A DNA stretch of 64,000 nucleotides from Bugula neritina (taxonomy: Eukaryota > Animalia > Bryozoa). The position numbers were made by a program, and so were the translations under genes. Of the stretch, positions 53,917 through 64,000 are shown one piece after another. The notes below the pieces were generated by a model. The model saw only the letters and a program-made list of their open reading frames with translations, was not told the DNA's origin and searched no databases. Position 1 is the stretch's first letter. Each line of letters opens with the position of its first letter. The DNA lies in contig OZ037770.1 of assembly GCA_964035545.1 (NCBI GenBank), positions 12,452,642-12,516,641 of the forward strand. The letters are read 5' to 3'.

Positions 53917-56023
53917 ATGATAAACACTACAAATACTATTATAATCAGTGCCATTACTATATCAATGAATATAGAGCCACTATTATAACTAGCATTGGTG
54001 TAATAACATTAAAGTGCAAATCATTAGTATCATTATGCTCAATAAGAAAATATTGCTCTTGACCTGCAACAAGCTGATGCTAATTGTCAAAGCTTGGTCA
54101 GAGCCAATTAAAATTAATTCAACAGCCAGTAGTTGAAATGCTTATAATTATAAAAGGTTGTCACAAATTTATTAACAATTACCATAAAATTACAAGTCTT
54201 CAACTTGTATTTTAAGAGCTATTCTGAATACCTATTTTCAAATAATTGCTTCATCAAAATAGCCATCAACCAAAGGGCACTTAATTACAACAGATAATTA
54301 GGAAGTGTTCAAGATCTGATCATTTTTTACAGAATTGATCCTGAAAATATTTGAACCTCAAGGAATTCCACTTCCTTAGTTAATTTTCTTTATGGATTGA
54401 ATAGATTCAAATGAGAATAACTGTTTGACTTGATGTGTGAGGTGTTTGTAGAAAGGTGTCAAGTTACACATTTTTAGTGACTTGCATACTTTTCTATTAG
54501 GTGTTCTGTTTTTGGCACTCAGTTTCACTCGTTCTTCTCTTTGCGTGGTATTTTTAAGAAAGATATTCATCATTTGCTTATATTTTTTTTAAGTTTTTTT
54601 CAGTTGTTCTCTAAATTCATGGGTTCACTTGGTTAAACTGGCAAGCAGTTGCCTAACGATAACGATGAAATATCTCTATAAGTCAATGTTAATTTGGCAG
54701 GTTGGTAGATATCAGGTTAAGCAGGCTTCCAGATTGGACACTTTTACTAGATGCCGTAGACCTTTTTATTAAGCATGTCATGACTAGAAGAGATTGTCTT
54801 GGCATTCTATTTCCTGGAGGTTCACATCCATTATTAAAATAATCTGTGATCTGGGTGCTTTTCAGAAGCCTTTCAGAAGCAACTCTTACTTTATTTATGC
54901 ATTGGAACTAAGAATGGAACCTATAGTTGTAGTATGTTATGACCTTTGGGTATATATTTCAATGGTGATGATTTTATTAGTGGACAGGTGCACTTTATTG
55001 GGGAAGAATAACTATCCAGGGCAACAAGTATTTCATTACCTTTGTTATTCCAATTTTTATAAACAGTTGTTTTTGGTCAGTTATTATACTTTTGCCTTGC
55101 ATTGTACAACCAAAATGAGTCTCAGTTACTGTTAGACATATGATGCTGAAGCCAACAGATAATCTATTTATAATAGTCTGCTGTTTCTTCTTTGCCCAAT
55201 CATACGTTCATGTTGGCTATGAGCATTGTTAAACATGATTTCTTTACTTTTCTTGGCTGGTCTCATCACTTTCTATAGTCCATTGCTGCTTTTGTTCGGT
55301 GCATAGATCTTTGATACGATGCTTCAGCTTTAGTAAAGCAGCCATCATCTTCCATCCATATCACTGGAGCTAGTCTTTTTTATTAATCTTAGGGCCCATA
55401 GTCATCATCATGAAATGACTAGTACTATTAAAGCTGAAATTTTAGTAAATTTATGTTTAACAGTTAAACTGTAAAAAGTAAATAAAAATGACACATAAAA
55501 CTGAATGCCGTGTTCAGTGTTTTTATATCAAACTCAAAGTGATTAGTTATTCTTTCGTAGCCTTTCACTGCTTATCTTTTATATTTTTTTGTTACTGAAT
55601 AAAAATAAAAATTCCCTGTTTTATAATATTTTCTCTATAAAAGAACTATTGCTAAGACGTTTTAGCTGGACTAATTATAACATAAAATAGAAGCTGGTAG
55701 CGTCTACTTTAGGTGAAATGATTCAGTTGCATCAATTTCAATTTAATCGCATTTCAACTTTTTTCCAAACAACTGCTACTAATTTTGCACATAGACTCAG
55801 TTGTTTACATGCATCTTTGTAGTCAGGATCAGAAAGATCATACTGGTACAGTGCAGCTGTTCAAGCTCCAAAAATTTCTATAAAAAGTGTACTTCTGGCA
55901 TGAAATAATTTTAAAATGTTGCCGACTAGCAAAATAATATGCTTCCTACAAATTTGTTTATTTAAATTAATTATTATTTATTATTATTAATATTAATAAA
56001 ATATCGATGATTTAATTTAGTTA

Positions 56024-56400
56024 CAAGCAATGCCGCTTGAGCAACTTGTTTGACCTGCGAATTATGCCCGCGCCTTTTGCTTTTTGAAATAAGCCAATGG
56101 AGTGTAATCAGATAAAATTCGTCAGCTGGAACTTAGCTGGGTGATGTTCTAACGAACTTTTGGAAAGTCGACAGTCGTAATCCAAAACGAACAAACTCAT
56201 CTACTGTGAGACCAATCAAAGGATGCTAGTTTGGCGCAATTCATGTCATGGTTCGATCACGTGATCCAAAACGAATAAAAACTGCATTGGCCGTGCCATT
56301 ATGGCCCGCTATTTGTCCAATTCGTTGACCATCTGAACAAGCTATTAGTAACTTGCACATTTCATTTCGCCTCACGCAATTTATTATTGCGATATGTAGA
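56024..56400 (-). mobile_element. Possible non-autonomous Helitron
   Basis: Minus strand A|TC...CTTG|T with a small terminal hairpin; 3' end deviates from CTRR; single copy. Confidence 0.3.
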
Positions 56401-56628
56401 TGGTACAGGCACTGATCTTTTTGTTTAAATATTATCACTAAATATAAGTTGATGGCAGCACATATTTTTTTGGTTTCATAAACATGCTGGGAGAGAAAGC
56501 TGGGATGTTATAAATAAATAAACTAGTATCATTCAAGTGGTTATCCAGTGGGTTCATTTATTATTCATTTTGCGTACGGAATAGAGAGCAGTTTGTGAAA
56601 GAAACGACAGTGATCCATCTAATTATAT

Positions 56629-57023
56629 TGTATTATATTTTGGGGTAACTTTTTGGAACTTGTCTGCTTTTATAACATTTTACCTGTCCAAATTTTTCTT
56701 TGTTTTGTAAACTGATCTTTGGCCGAAGGTTGGTGGATACTGAAATTCGATTGGTGGAATATTTTAGGAGTCGGGAATGTCCGAATTCCGGGGCTCCCAA
56801 AGCTCGGCGTGCTCAATTTCTAGAGTATATAAAGAGGCGAGTTTGCCAGTGTAGTTCAGTCTACCACTGGAGCTCGCCGAGGACAGTCCTAGAATAAATA
56901 CTTGCCATTATATACTCTACACAAATAAATGATTCTACACTTGGAGAACTTTTTCTGCTTTTTCTCTCACGCACATGAAGTTATCTTCTCTGATTAATTA
57001 TTCCATTCCATAAAACTGTCACA
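56629..57023 (+). mobile_element. Solo LTR (395 bp)
   Basis: TG...CA ends, ATAT TSD on both sides, ATTGG, TATATAAA and downstream AATAAA in LTR order. Confidence 0.68.
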
Positions 57024-58202
57024 ATATACTACTAGTACTATGAGTAAGTTGTTACTGTTGTCTAATCAGTAATCTGTAAAGCTAAGACTAAGAGTAAGTG
57101 TATTCAGCATCAGTATGAGTTACTCTGATGAGTATCACCATCAGAATTACTTAGTCTTATGAGTTATGACTATCACTATAACACTAACACAAACAGTACA
57201 ACTATAAGTCTTTAAATAAGTTACTGTTACTGTTAGAGTATGAGCATCAGCATCAGTATGAGTGTCACTATCAGTTTTCACTAATCAACAATCACTGAGA
57301 ATCAGAATGTATTACTATTAGTATTACTATTAGTATTAGCCAACCTAAAATTCGATTGCCACTCAACGCTATTTTTACCTGGCAACAGCAACAACAGTTT
57401 CAATTTTAGTATTAAAGTGAATGTTCAGGCTCAACTTTATGCCTGTTATACGGATATCTTTAGAAGCAGCGTGACTTTGGGAGTGACAGAGTCTCCGTAT
57501 ACAAGCTGTCGTTCGATACTCGAACGAGTTACCCTAAACTAATGCAATGGTGCTGCATAAACCGATTGTATGCGGAATTGTGCGAGACTATACGGTAGAA
57601 TGCAGTTTAGTATTCCAACACGCAAAAGATGGGTAATCCAAGATTTTAGCTTTTGCGGGTTTCAATTTTCGCAGTCCACTGTCGCCATGATGATGATAAC
57701 TACATAAGTAAAACTAATTAATTGCCATAAGTTTAAGTAATTGTCATTGCTCATTATCGACGCCATTAAGATTTTTATAAATGACGATCTCCCAATGTCT
57801 AAGCCCTAGCCTCTAACTCTTAGTCTTACTGGCTAATGACTGTAATGAGTGATGACTGATTATCTAACTATAAATATAGATATAACTGAGTATAACACTA
57901 TAACTATAAGTAATACTATAAGTATAAGTATTAGTACAACTATAACATTAAGTTTAACTATAATAATGATAATAATTACATTAAGTATAAGTAAAGTTTA
58001 AGTATAACTATTACTATTAGCATTACATAATTTACTATTACTATTAGTATTACTATTACTATTAGTATTAGACTTAGTATTGGTAGTCTTAGTGTCGAAC
58101 AAAAATAATATAAATTTAACTTCACTTTGATTTTTATTAAAATAAATTTCTATATATTAAATTATTTATTAAAATATATAAAATAAATTTTCACTTAATA
58201 AT

Positions 58203-58271
<69 letters not shown>

Positions 58272-58612
58272 AATGGGATTACGTAGCATAATAATGCATT
58301 TGTCTCCTCCTGTATTGGAATATTTATAACTATGTTCTACCAACCAATCAGAAGGACCGGAAGGCAAGGTTCCGGTCAAGTGACTGTTCGCGGGTTAGTT
58401 AGCAGAAACCATGTTGTTGAGAGCAGGGGCTCGTAGTAGCTAGACGTGTTTATAATTAATTGATGTATTGTGGTTTTGACATACTGTTATAATTATGTTT
58501 ATCGAATTAAATAAAGGTTATCGTACGCAAGCTCTGTTAGTAGTTGCTAGTTAAATTGAAACTAAATACGCAGGCAATCCACGCTTGATAATTGTGCTAA
58601 AACTCACAACAG

Positions 58613-58631
58613 TGGTGGCAGCGGTGGGATT
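58613..58631 (+). promoter_or_regulatory. Primer binding site complementary to the tRNA-Leu 3' end
   Basis: TGGTGGCAGCGGTGGGATT is the reverse complement of AATCCCACCGCTGCCA-CCA (metazoan tRNA-Leu AAG/TAG type), 1 nt after the 5' LTR. Confidence 0.85.
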
Positions 58632-60982
58632 TTCGCGTATTTCAAGATGACAGAAAGAGGCACAGAGATACCCTTTCGGAGAAGTGAAGAGGAGGAAGAT
58701 GAAATTGTTACACCTGTAAACCCCGCACGTTGGGATATGGTGAGAGTTGTTATAGGATTCGAGGAGACTATATATCAGCTGAAGATACCCACCTTTACAG
58801 GTAAAGAATCAGTAGAACAATTCATTCAAGCTTTTCAAAAGCTGCGGAATTTTGCATGGTGGCCACCAAGAATGGCGTTGCTCAAGCTTAGGACAGCGTT
58901 GGCGGACAAGGCCAAGCCATGCGGCGAGGGAACTGACGTGGCCGGTATCTTCGCTTCCCTGCGGGTCCGTTTTAGCATCTCCACCGTGGACACGAAGCCC
59001 TCCACAGCCCCCGCACCCTGCGGGCCGACGAAGAAGCATTGTCTCCGACTTCAACCAGGGTTAAACTACGACGGCCCGCGGATGCTCCCACATCCGGCGG
59101 GCCGCCGTTAAAACCCCAAGGGAGGACACAGTGGCGTCCGCCACGCCGGACACCCGTCCGGGACCTCGCGGAACGGCCACCAGGACGGCAAGCAGGCTGT
59201 ACAAGCCGCTCGCCGCCGGTGTTCTCAATGCCACCCCGCAACAGGTTTGACAAACGACGGACCGCAGAGTCTGCGAGGAAAGGTGCCCAAACGCAGCAAG
59301 GCGCGGCACCACCCCCTCGACAGCTGGTCCCGAGTCGTCGTCAAAAACCTAACCCCTCCGCCAAGGCGAGGGAGATGAGGTCACCCAAGATACCACTACA
59401 TCTCTACCAGAGCAGCCTGTTCCTGCCAGGACAGATAGCCGGCAAACCTGCCAGGTATCTGCTGGACACGGGCTGCACCACCAACCTCCTGGGTCGTCGA
59501 TTCTTCGACACACTCAGCGCTCAGATCAGAAGCAGGTTGGAACCGTATGAAGGCGATCATGGCAACCTGGCAGACGGGTCGTGCATCCCCTTCTACGGTA
59601 TCATTGAACTCCCCGGGAGCGTCTGTAACCAGACCATCCAGGAAAGGTTCATTGTAGGACAACTCCAGGAGGACGCCATTCTTGGGATGCGATTCTTACA
59701 ACGACAGCGCCCAGAGACGGCCACGTCACTACACAAAACCGAGACTACACCTCACCTAGGGGATCCTGACATGCCCCCAGAAGTGGCACAGGACCCCCCC
59801 CCCCCGCCGAACCTGTCTCAACCGATGGCGTCTAGGAGCTAGGACACCTCCAGGAAATTATTCCGGGGGTGGTAGCCGACGTTTATCGAATGAAACGGGA
59901 AGGGCGACGACCCAGTGACAGACAACGGGAGCAGGGCTGCCCTGAGTGGCAGCTGTACTGCCGACGTTGGAACGCACTGCGGATCGGGCCGGAAGGTCTA
60001 CTGACCATATCTTTGACCGATAACCACCACCAGCCAGACCAGGAGAGGACCCTCTGTCCTGCCGCCATCCGCCAAGAGTTGATAGAAGAGGTACACCAAC
60101 AGGCTCATGGGGGAGCCCAACAGGTGTTCACCGAACTACAACTCTGGTGGTATTGGCCTCACATGGAGCGTGATGTACGACACAGCGTTGGGCAGTGCGG
60201 CGTCTGCCGGGTCAGTAAGCACGGCCCCCCTACTGGGGAGGTAGGGCGGCGAAGGCAAAGTGCAGAAAGACCCGGGCAGACGGAGACTGCTAACCTGGTC
60301 GACAAACCGCCTAGGATGCAACCCAAAGCAGTGGCGAGGCAGGAAAAGCCACCCCCGTCCAGGGAAGTGCGCTCACCGCCGTTAGCGTGCAAGCCGCCAC
60401 TGCCACTTCCTAGGTCAGGAACCGACTTGGAAGTGCAAAAACCCCCCAAGGAGGGGCTCTGTGCGGAGGTACTGGGAAAGCTCCATCTGTTACAAATTGA
60501 CTGGAAGCACCACCCAAGAGACGTGACCGTCCACGGGTGCGTAAACCACCATGGCTGGAGATAACACTTCCCCAGGCTCCGAACGGAGATGCTAGGAAAG
60601 CTCCATTTGTCACAAACTGGCTGGAAGCACCACCCAAGAGACGTGACCGTCCACGGGTGCGTAAACCGCCTTGGTTAGTGACGACACCTTGGAAACGGTG
60701 TCCTAAGCCAGGCTCCGCGTATCGCAAGGACTTACCACGTTCCGTTCAGGGCGCGGTCAAACGTCCTACGAAACGCCGCAAGGGGAAGAGAGCAGAGCGT
60801 GGGAGTTGTGAGCACCACGAAAATATCAACATTTGCCTCGGCGGAAATTCAAATGAGATTCATACGCTGGAGGTAATAAGTCATAGTCACGTTTCACAAC
60901 CACGCTGCTCGCTCTTTCATCACGTTAATACAGCTTTGAGTAGACGTACGTAGAATTCATAAACATACCACTCTCATTCACA

Positions 60983-61887
60983 ATGGCTTGCCAAGAATCG
61001 AGGGGTGAGTTAGTTATGTTTTTGGTACGAGGGCTAAACTGTATTAATCAGCTTAACTATAATAGAGTAAGCTGGAGACTCGGTAATGATTTTTAGTGGT
61101 GAGAATTCACATTGACTCTAAGACTTAACAGTCTGTTACAGCAGTGTGTGTTTTCGATCAACTATTCATTAACTGAGTCTCACGAGTGTCTAATTGAGTT
61201 AAGTACCCACCAGGCTGTATACGCCGGTTGTACTCAGTGTACACTCTACACTGTTATACTCTTGCAGATCACACTCGATCGACCAACTCTGGGTCACAGG
61301 ATCTACACTCTCTCTCCTCCTTGGATAACGGACCGGAAATGGACAACGGACTGCCCGCGGTGCTGCATCGAGGACACAGATGGGTGTCGCGACGAACGGA
61401 GCGACAGATTGAAGAAGCCTGGGGACCGAGTAGGTCACAAAACACCTGCCACGTGTGTTACGAAGAGCTTCCCTCACACCAAGGACTACGGCTGCATGTG
61501 AATGCAAACCTCCTGCTACGGTTCTGTCCGTGTGGATTTCACGACGTGTACCCATACCCCGTCGTGGCTCATATGATGGACTGTTTCGCGGGCGAGGGCT
61601 ATGTAGTAGACGCGGACAACTACAATGAATACCTAGAAGCGGTCAAACCAATGGTTAAGAAGGCTTTAACCTGGGCCGCATTATCCTCCGGATTTTATAC
61701 ATTGCTAACAGCCGCCCGTCAGAAGTCCCCTATGGTGAAAACGGTCGCTGCAATCATACCGCGGCTAGACAATACCCCCATGGAAGCATCAGACTCCCCA
61801 GAAGAGGCGACATCAAATCCACCCAGACCTACCCGGCTAGCAACCGTCGAAGAAAGACTCTTACGGCTGCAGGATGAATTCACCTAG
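60983..61887 (+). CDS. Spliced accessory ORF inside the LTR element: two zinc-finger-like motifs + coiled coil (213 aa; frame stays open to 62010 past the TAG)
   Basis: Exon 60983-61004 (ATG...AGG G|GTGAGT), 263-bp intron, CTCTTGCAG|AT at 61268 in frame with ORF 61228-61887; C-x2-C-x12-H-x3-N and C-x-C-x12-H-x3-C. Confidence 0.65.
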
Positions 61888-62627
61888 TTGGCTCCCGACT
61901 TACTCAGCACTTCAGTGAGCCTTAATGAACTAAAGGGCTCAGTGGGACGCCTTAAGCGTAGACTACGTGCACGGCAAGCACGACACCGGATCCAGTCCCT
62001 ACAAAAATAGGAGCTGACAGTCGACAATTCCACTCCGCATGTTTCCGGGGTACTACATTATGATCATGCAAATGCTCGACTGCTAATGACCTACGATCCA
62101 GGACTCTCTCTTTATAGCTGGCCAGTTGTACGCTGGCCATCCGTTATCTTACTTATATGTTTATATTATCGTACATTTGGTATTTCTCTTCTTTCTCCTT
62201 GTGGATTTTCTTGACTTATGTTATTTTTGCATTATTATACTATTTCTGTTTTTATCAGAAAGTATGGCTTTCTGCTGGGGGGGGGCGGTGTAACGGGATT
62301 ACGTAGCATAATAATGCATTTGTCTCCTCCTGTATTGGAATATTTATAACTATGTTCTACCAACCAATCAGAAGGACCGGAAGGCAAGGTTCCGGTCAAG
62401 TGACTGTTCGCGGGTTAGTTAGCAGAAACCATGTTGTTGAGAGCAGGGGCTCGTAGTAGCTAGACGTGTTTATAATTGATTGATGTATTGTGGTTTTGAC
62501 ATACTGTTATAATTATGTTTATCGAATTAAATAAAGGTTATCGTAGGCAAGCTCTGTTAGTAGTTGCTAGTTAAATTGAAACTAAATACGCAGGCAATCC
62601 ACGCTTGATAATTGTGCTAAAACTCAT

Positions 62628-62685
<58 letters not shown>

Positions 62686-62689
<4 letters not shown>

Positions 62690-63470
62690 ACTGTATCGTG
62701 AGATTTTTAAAAAACAGCGGATAAAAAAGTGCTCAAATTATTATGTGTATAATAATGAGCAATTATATTATTGAGGAAAAGAACAATTTGATTATATAGA
62801 TGTTGTTTTATTGCACTACTAATAGTTTCATGCCTCTTCGGCACTCCTCAGGCACAATATTGACAAATTTAAATTTTTACATTAAGAAAATCAAAATGCT
62901 AAACACAAGGTAAAACGCAACGAAGACATAGCAGTGGCTGTATTGTAATATAGGTTTGTAGGTGTAAATTAATATATAAAAAAACCATAATGTAATGTAA
63001 AAACATAATTTATAGCAGATGCATGAAGTTTTTGTTGGGTGACTATTCTCTATGAATATTTGTATATTATTTACTATAGTACTTAAAATATAAATAGGCT
63101 ACAGAGTTTCTAGGTTTTGTGGTTGCACAGTAAGAATTTTTTGAGTGTCGGCAGGTTGATAAGAGTTCGTTTCGCTTGTTTAAAGTACACATGTTAGGTT
63201 TGTATAAAATAAAAAAACATTCCCATAGGCATAAATTACACCTTTTGGTAGTTGTGTTGTATGGTTTTGCTTTTCTTAATATTTTCCAGCTTATGTTGTG
63301 CTTAATGTTTTTGTTAGTTAGTTGCCAAATGTGTTTGCTAAGTTCTGTTTGATTTGCTTTCTCCTTGTTTTTAAATGATGATCTGTGGTTTGCGTATCTT
63401 AGTTTGAACGGTCCTTCACTTAGGCCAATGTATGTTGCAGGCTCGTTTTCGGTAGTATATAACATATAAC
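62686..63470 (-). mobile_element. Penelope-like element 3' part: GIY-YIG endonuclease fragment and terminal region
   Basis: ORF 63067-63465 YIGLSEGPFKLRYANH..TELSKHIWQL..WKIL..CNLCLWE..LNKRNEL..CRH, typical of PLE endonucleases; ends at (TA)n. Confidence 0.88.
62809..62859 (-). ncRNA. Type I hammerhead ribozyme in Penelope-like terminus
   Basis: tattgtgc-CTGAGGA-gtgcc(gaaga)ggcat-GAAA-ctattag-TA-gtgcaata: helix I with two G-U pairs, helix II, short helix III, GUA cleavage triplet. Confidence 0.72.
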
Positions 63471-63658
63471 ATGCACCTACCAGTATAGTATATAATAGAC
63501 ACCTACCAGTTTACTCAATGAGGGAAATCTTGAAAATGATTCGGATTTCCAGGCCTCCAACTCTTTAGATAGTTTGTTAGGGGTGAACGGACAAGCCTCA
63601 AAAGCTTTGCTGTCGATGTATAAGGTGAGAGGCAGTAGTTTAGCATACGCTGCCAAGT

Positions 63659-64000
63659 TGCCGCCTCATAAACCCCTGCAAACCAGAGATAGGAAAGATT
63701 AGTAAGAAAATTTTAGACCGAATAAATAACAAAATTCTCACAAACACACACCTAAACCAATGGAAAAACACCACTGATGTAATAAAATGGTTTGAAGGAA
63801 TTAACAACAAACATCAACAAACATTTATTTCATTTGACGTCATAGACTTTTACCCCTCAATTTCAAAAAACCTACTTGAAAACGCTCTAACTTTTGCATC
63901 GGAATTTGATACAATTAGCGAAGATGAAAGAGAAATAATTATACATGCCAAAAATTCACTACTCTTCAACTCTGGAAAGGCATGGGGAAAGCATAACCAC
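63659..64000 (+). mobile_element. Penelope-like reverse transcriptase fragment (runs off the window)
   Basis: Open frame CRLINPCKPEIGKISKKILDRIN..NQWKNTTDVIKWF..FISFDVIDFYPSIS..; not in the supplied ORF track. Confidence 0.88.

Larger units (their letters stand above)
58269..62631 (+). mobile_element. Non-autonomous Ty3/Gypsy-type LTR retrotransposon (4,363 bp) inserted in a (TA)n tract
   Basis: 343-bp LTRs 58269-58611 and 62289-62631 (TG..CA, 4 differences); PBS; G-rich PPT 62277-62288; gag-like ORF 58647-59111; protease LLDTGCT in 59039-59842; integrase H2C2 zinc domain in 59869-60564; no RT, RNase H or DDE core recognisable. Confidence 0.93.

Noticed and set aside
53917-53954. Hydrophobic signal-peptide-like N-terminus (MALIIIVFVVFII) on the LINE ORF
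   Set aside because: AT-rich flank that happens to be in frame with the 5'-truncated element.
59039-59111. Programmed ribosomal frameshift between gag and protease ORFs
   Set aside because: No canonical X XXY YYZ slippery heptamer; internal deletions explain the frame break.
58809-62140. Antisense and alternative-frame ORFs inside the LTR element and the LINE
   Set aside because: Expected by-products of GC-richer coding sequence; no recognisable motifs.

Overview
AT-rich eukaryotic genomic DNA, probably from an invertebrate (spliceosomal GT-AG introns, many (TA)n microsatellites). Gene models were built by hand from splice sites and reading phase. (1) 1.7-29.7 kb: a tandem/inverted cluster of five 4-exon genes encoding secreted signal peptide + PAN/Apple + F-type lectin (fucolectin, F5/8 type C-like) proteins. 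Three look intact, one has an in-frame stop, one has a frameshifting acceptor, and there are relic fragments. Framework blocks are near-identical at the DNA level while ligand-loop segments, exon 1 and most introns are strongly diverged and mosaic, which suggests segmental gene conversion. (2) 32.2-51.1 kb, minus strand: an IAP gene (BIR-BIR-UBA-RING). Its reading frame can be followed phase-consistently upstream through about 20 more exons that encode two predicted transmembrane helices around an N-glycosylation-sequon-rich loop. This is a candidate membrane-spanning IAP of about 1,420 aa, with a triplicated exon and an alternative acceptor that would keep or drop the IAP module. (3) Mobile DNA: a 5'-truncated RTE-type LINE, a young non-autonomous Gypsy-type LTR element carrying a spliced zinc-finger/coiled-coil accessory gene, two solo LTRs, Penelope-like fragments with hammerhead ribozymes at (TA)n tracts, tRNA-derived SINEs and MITEs. 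No database search or transcript data was available.
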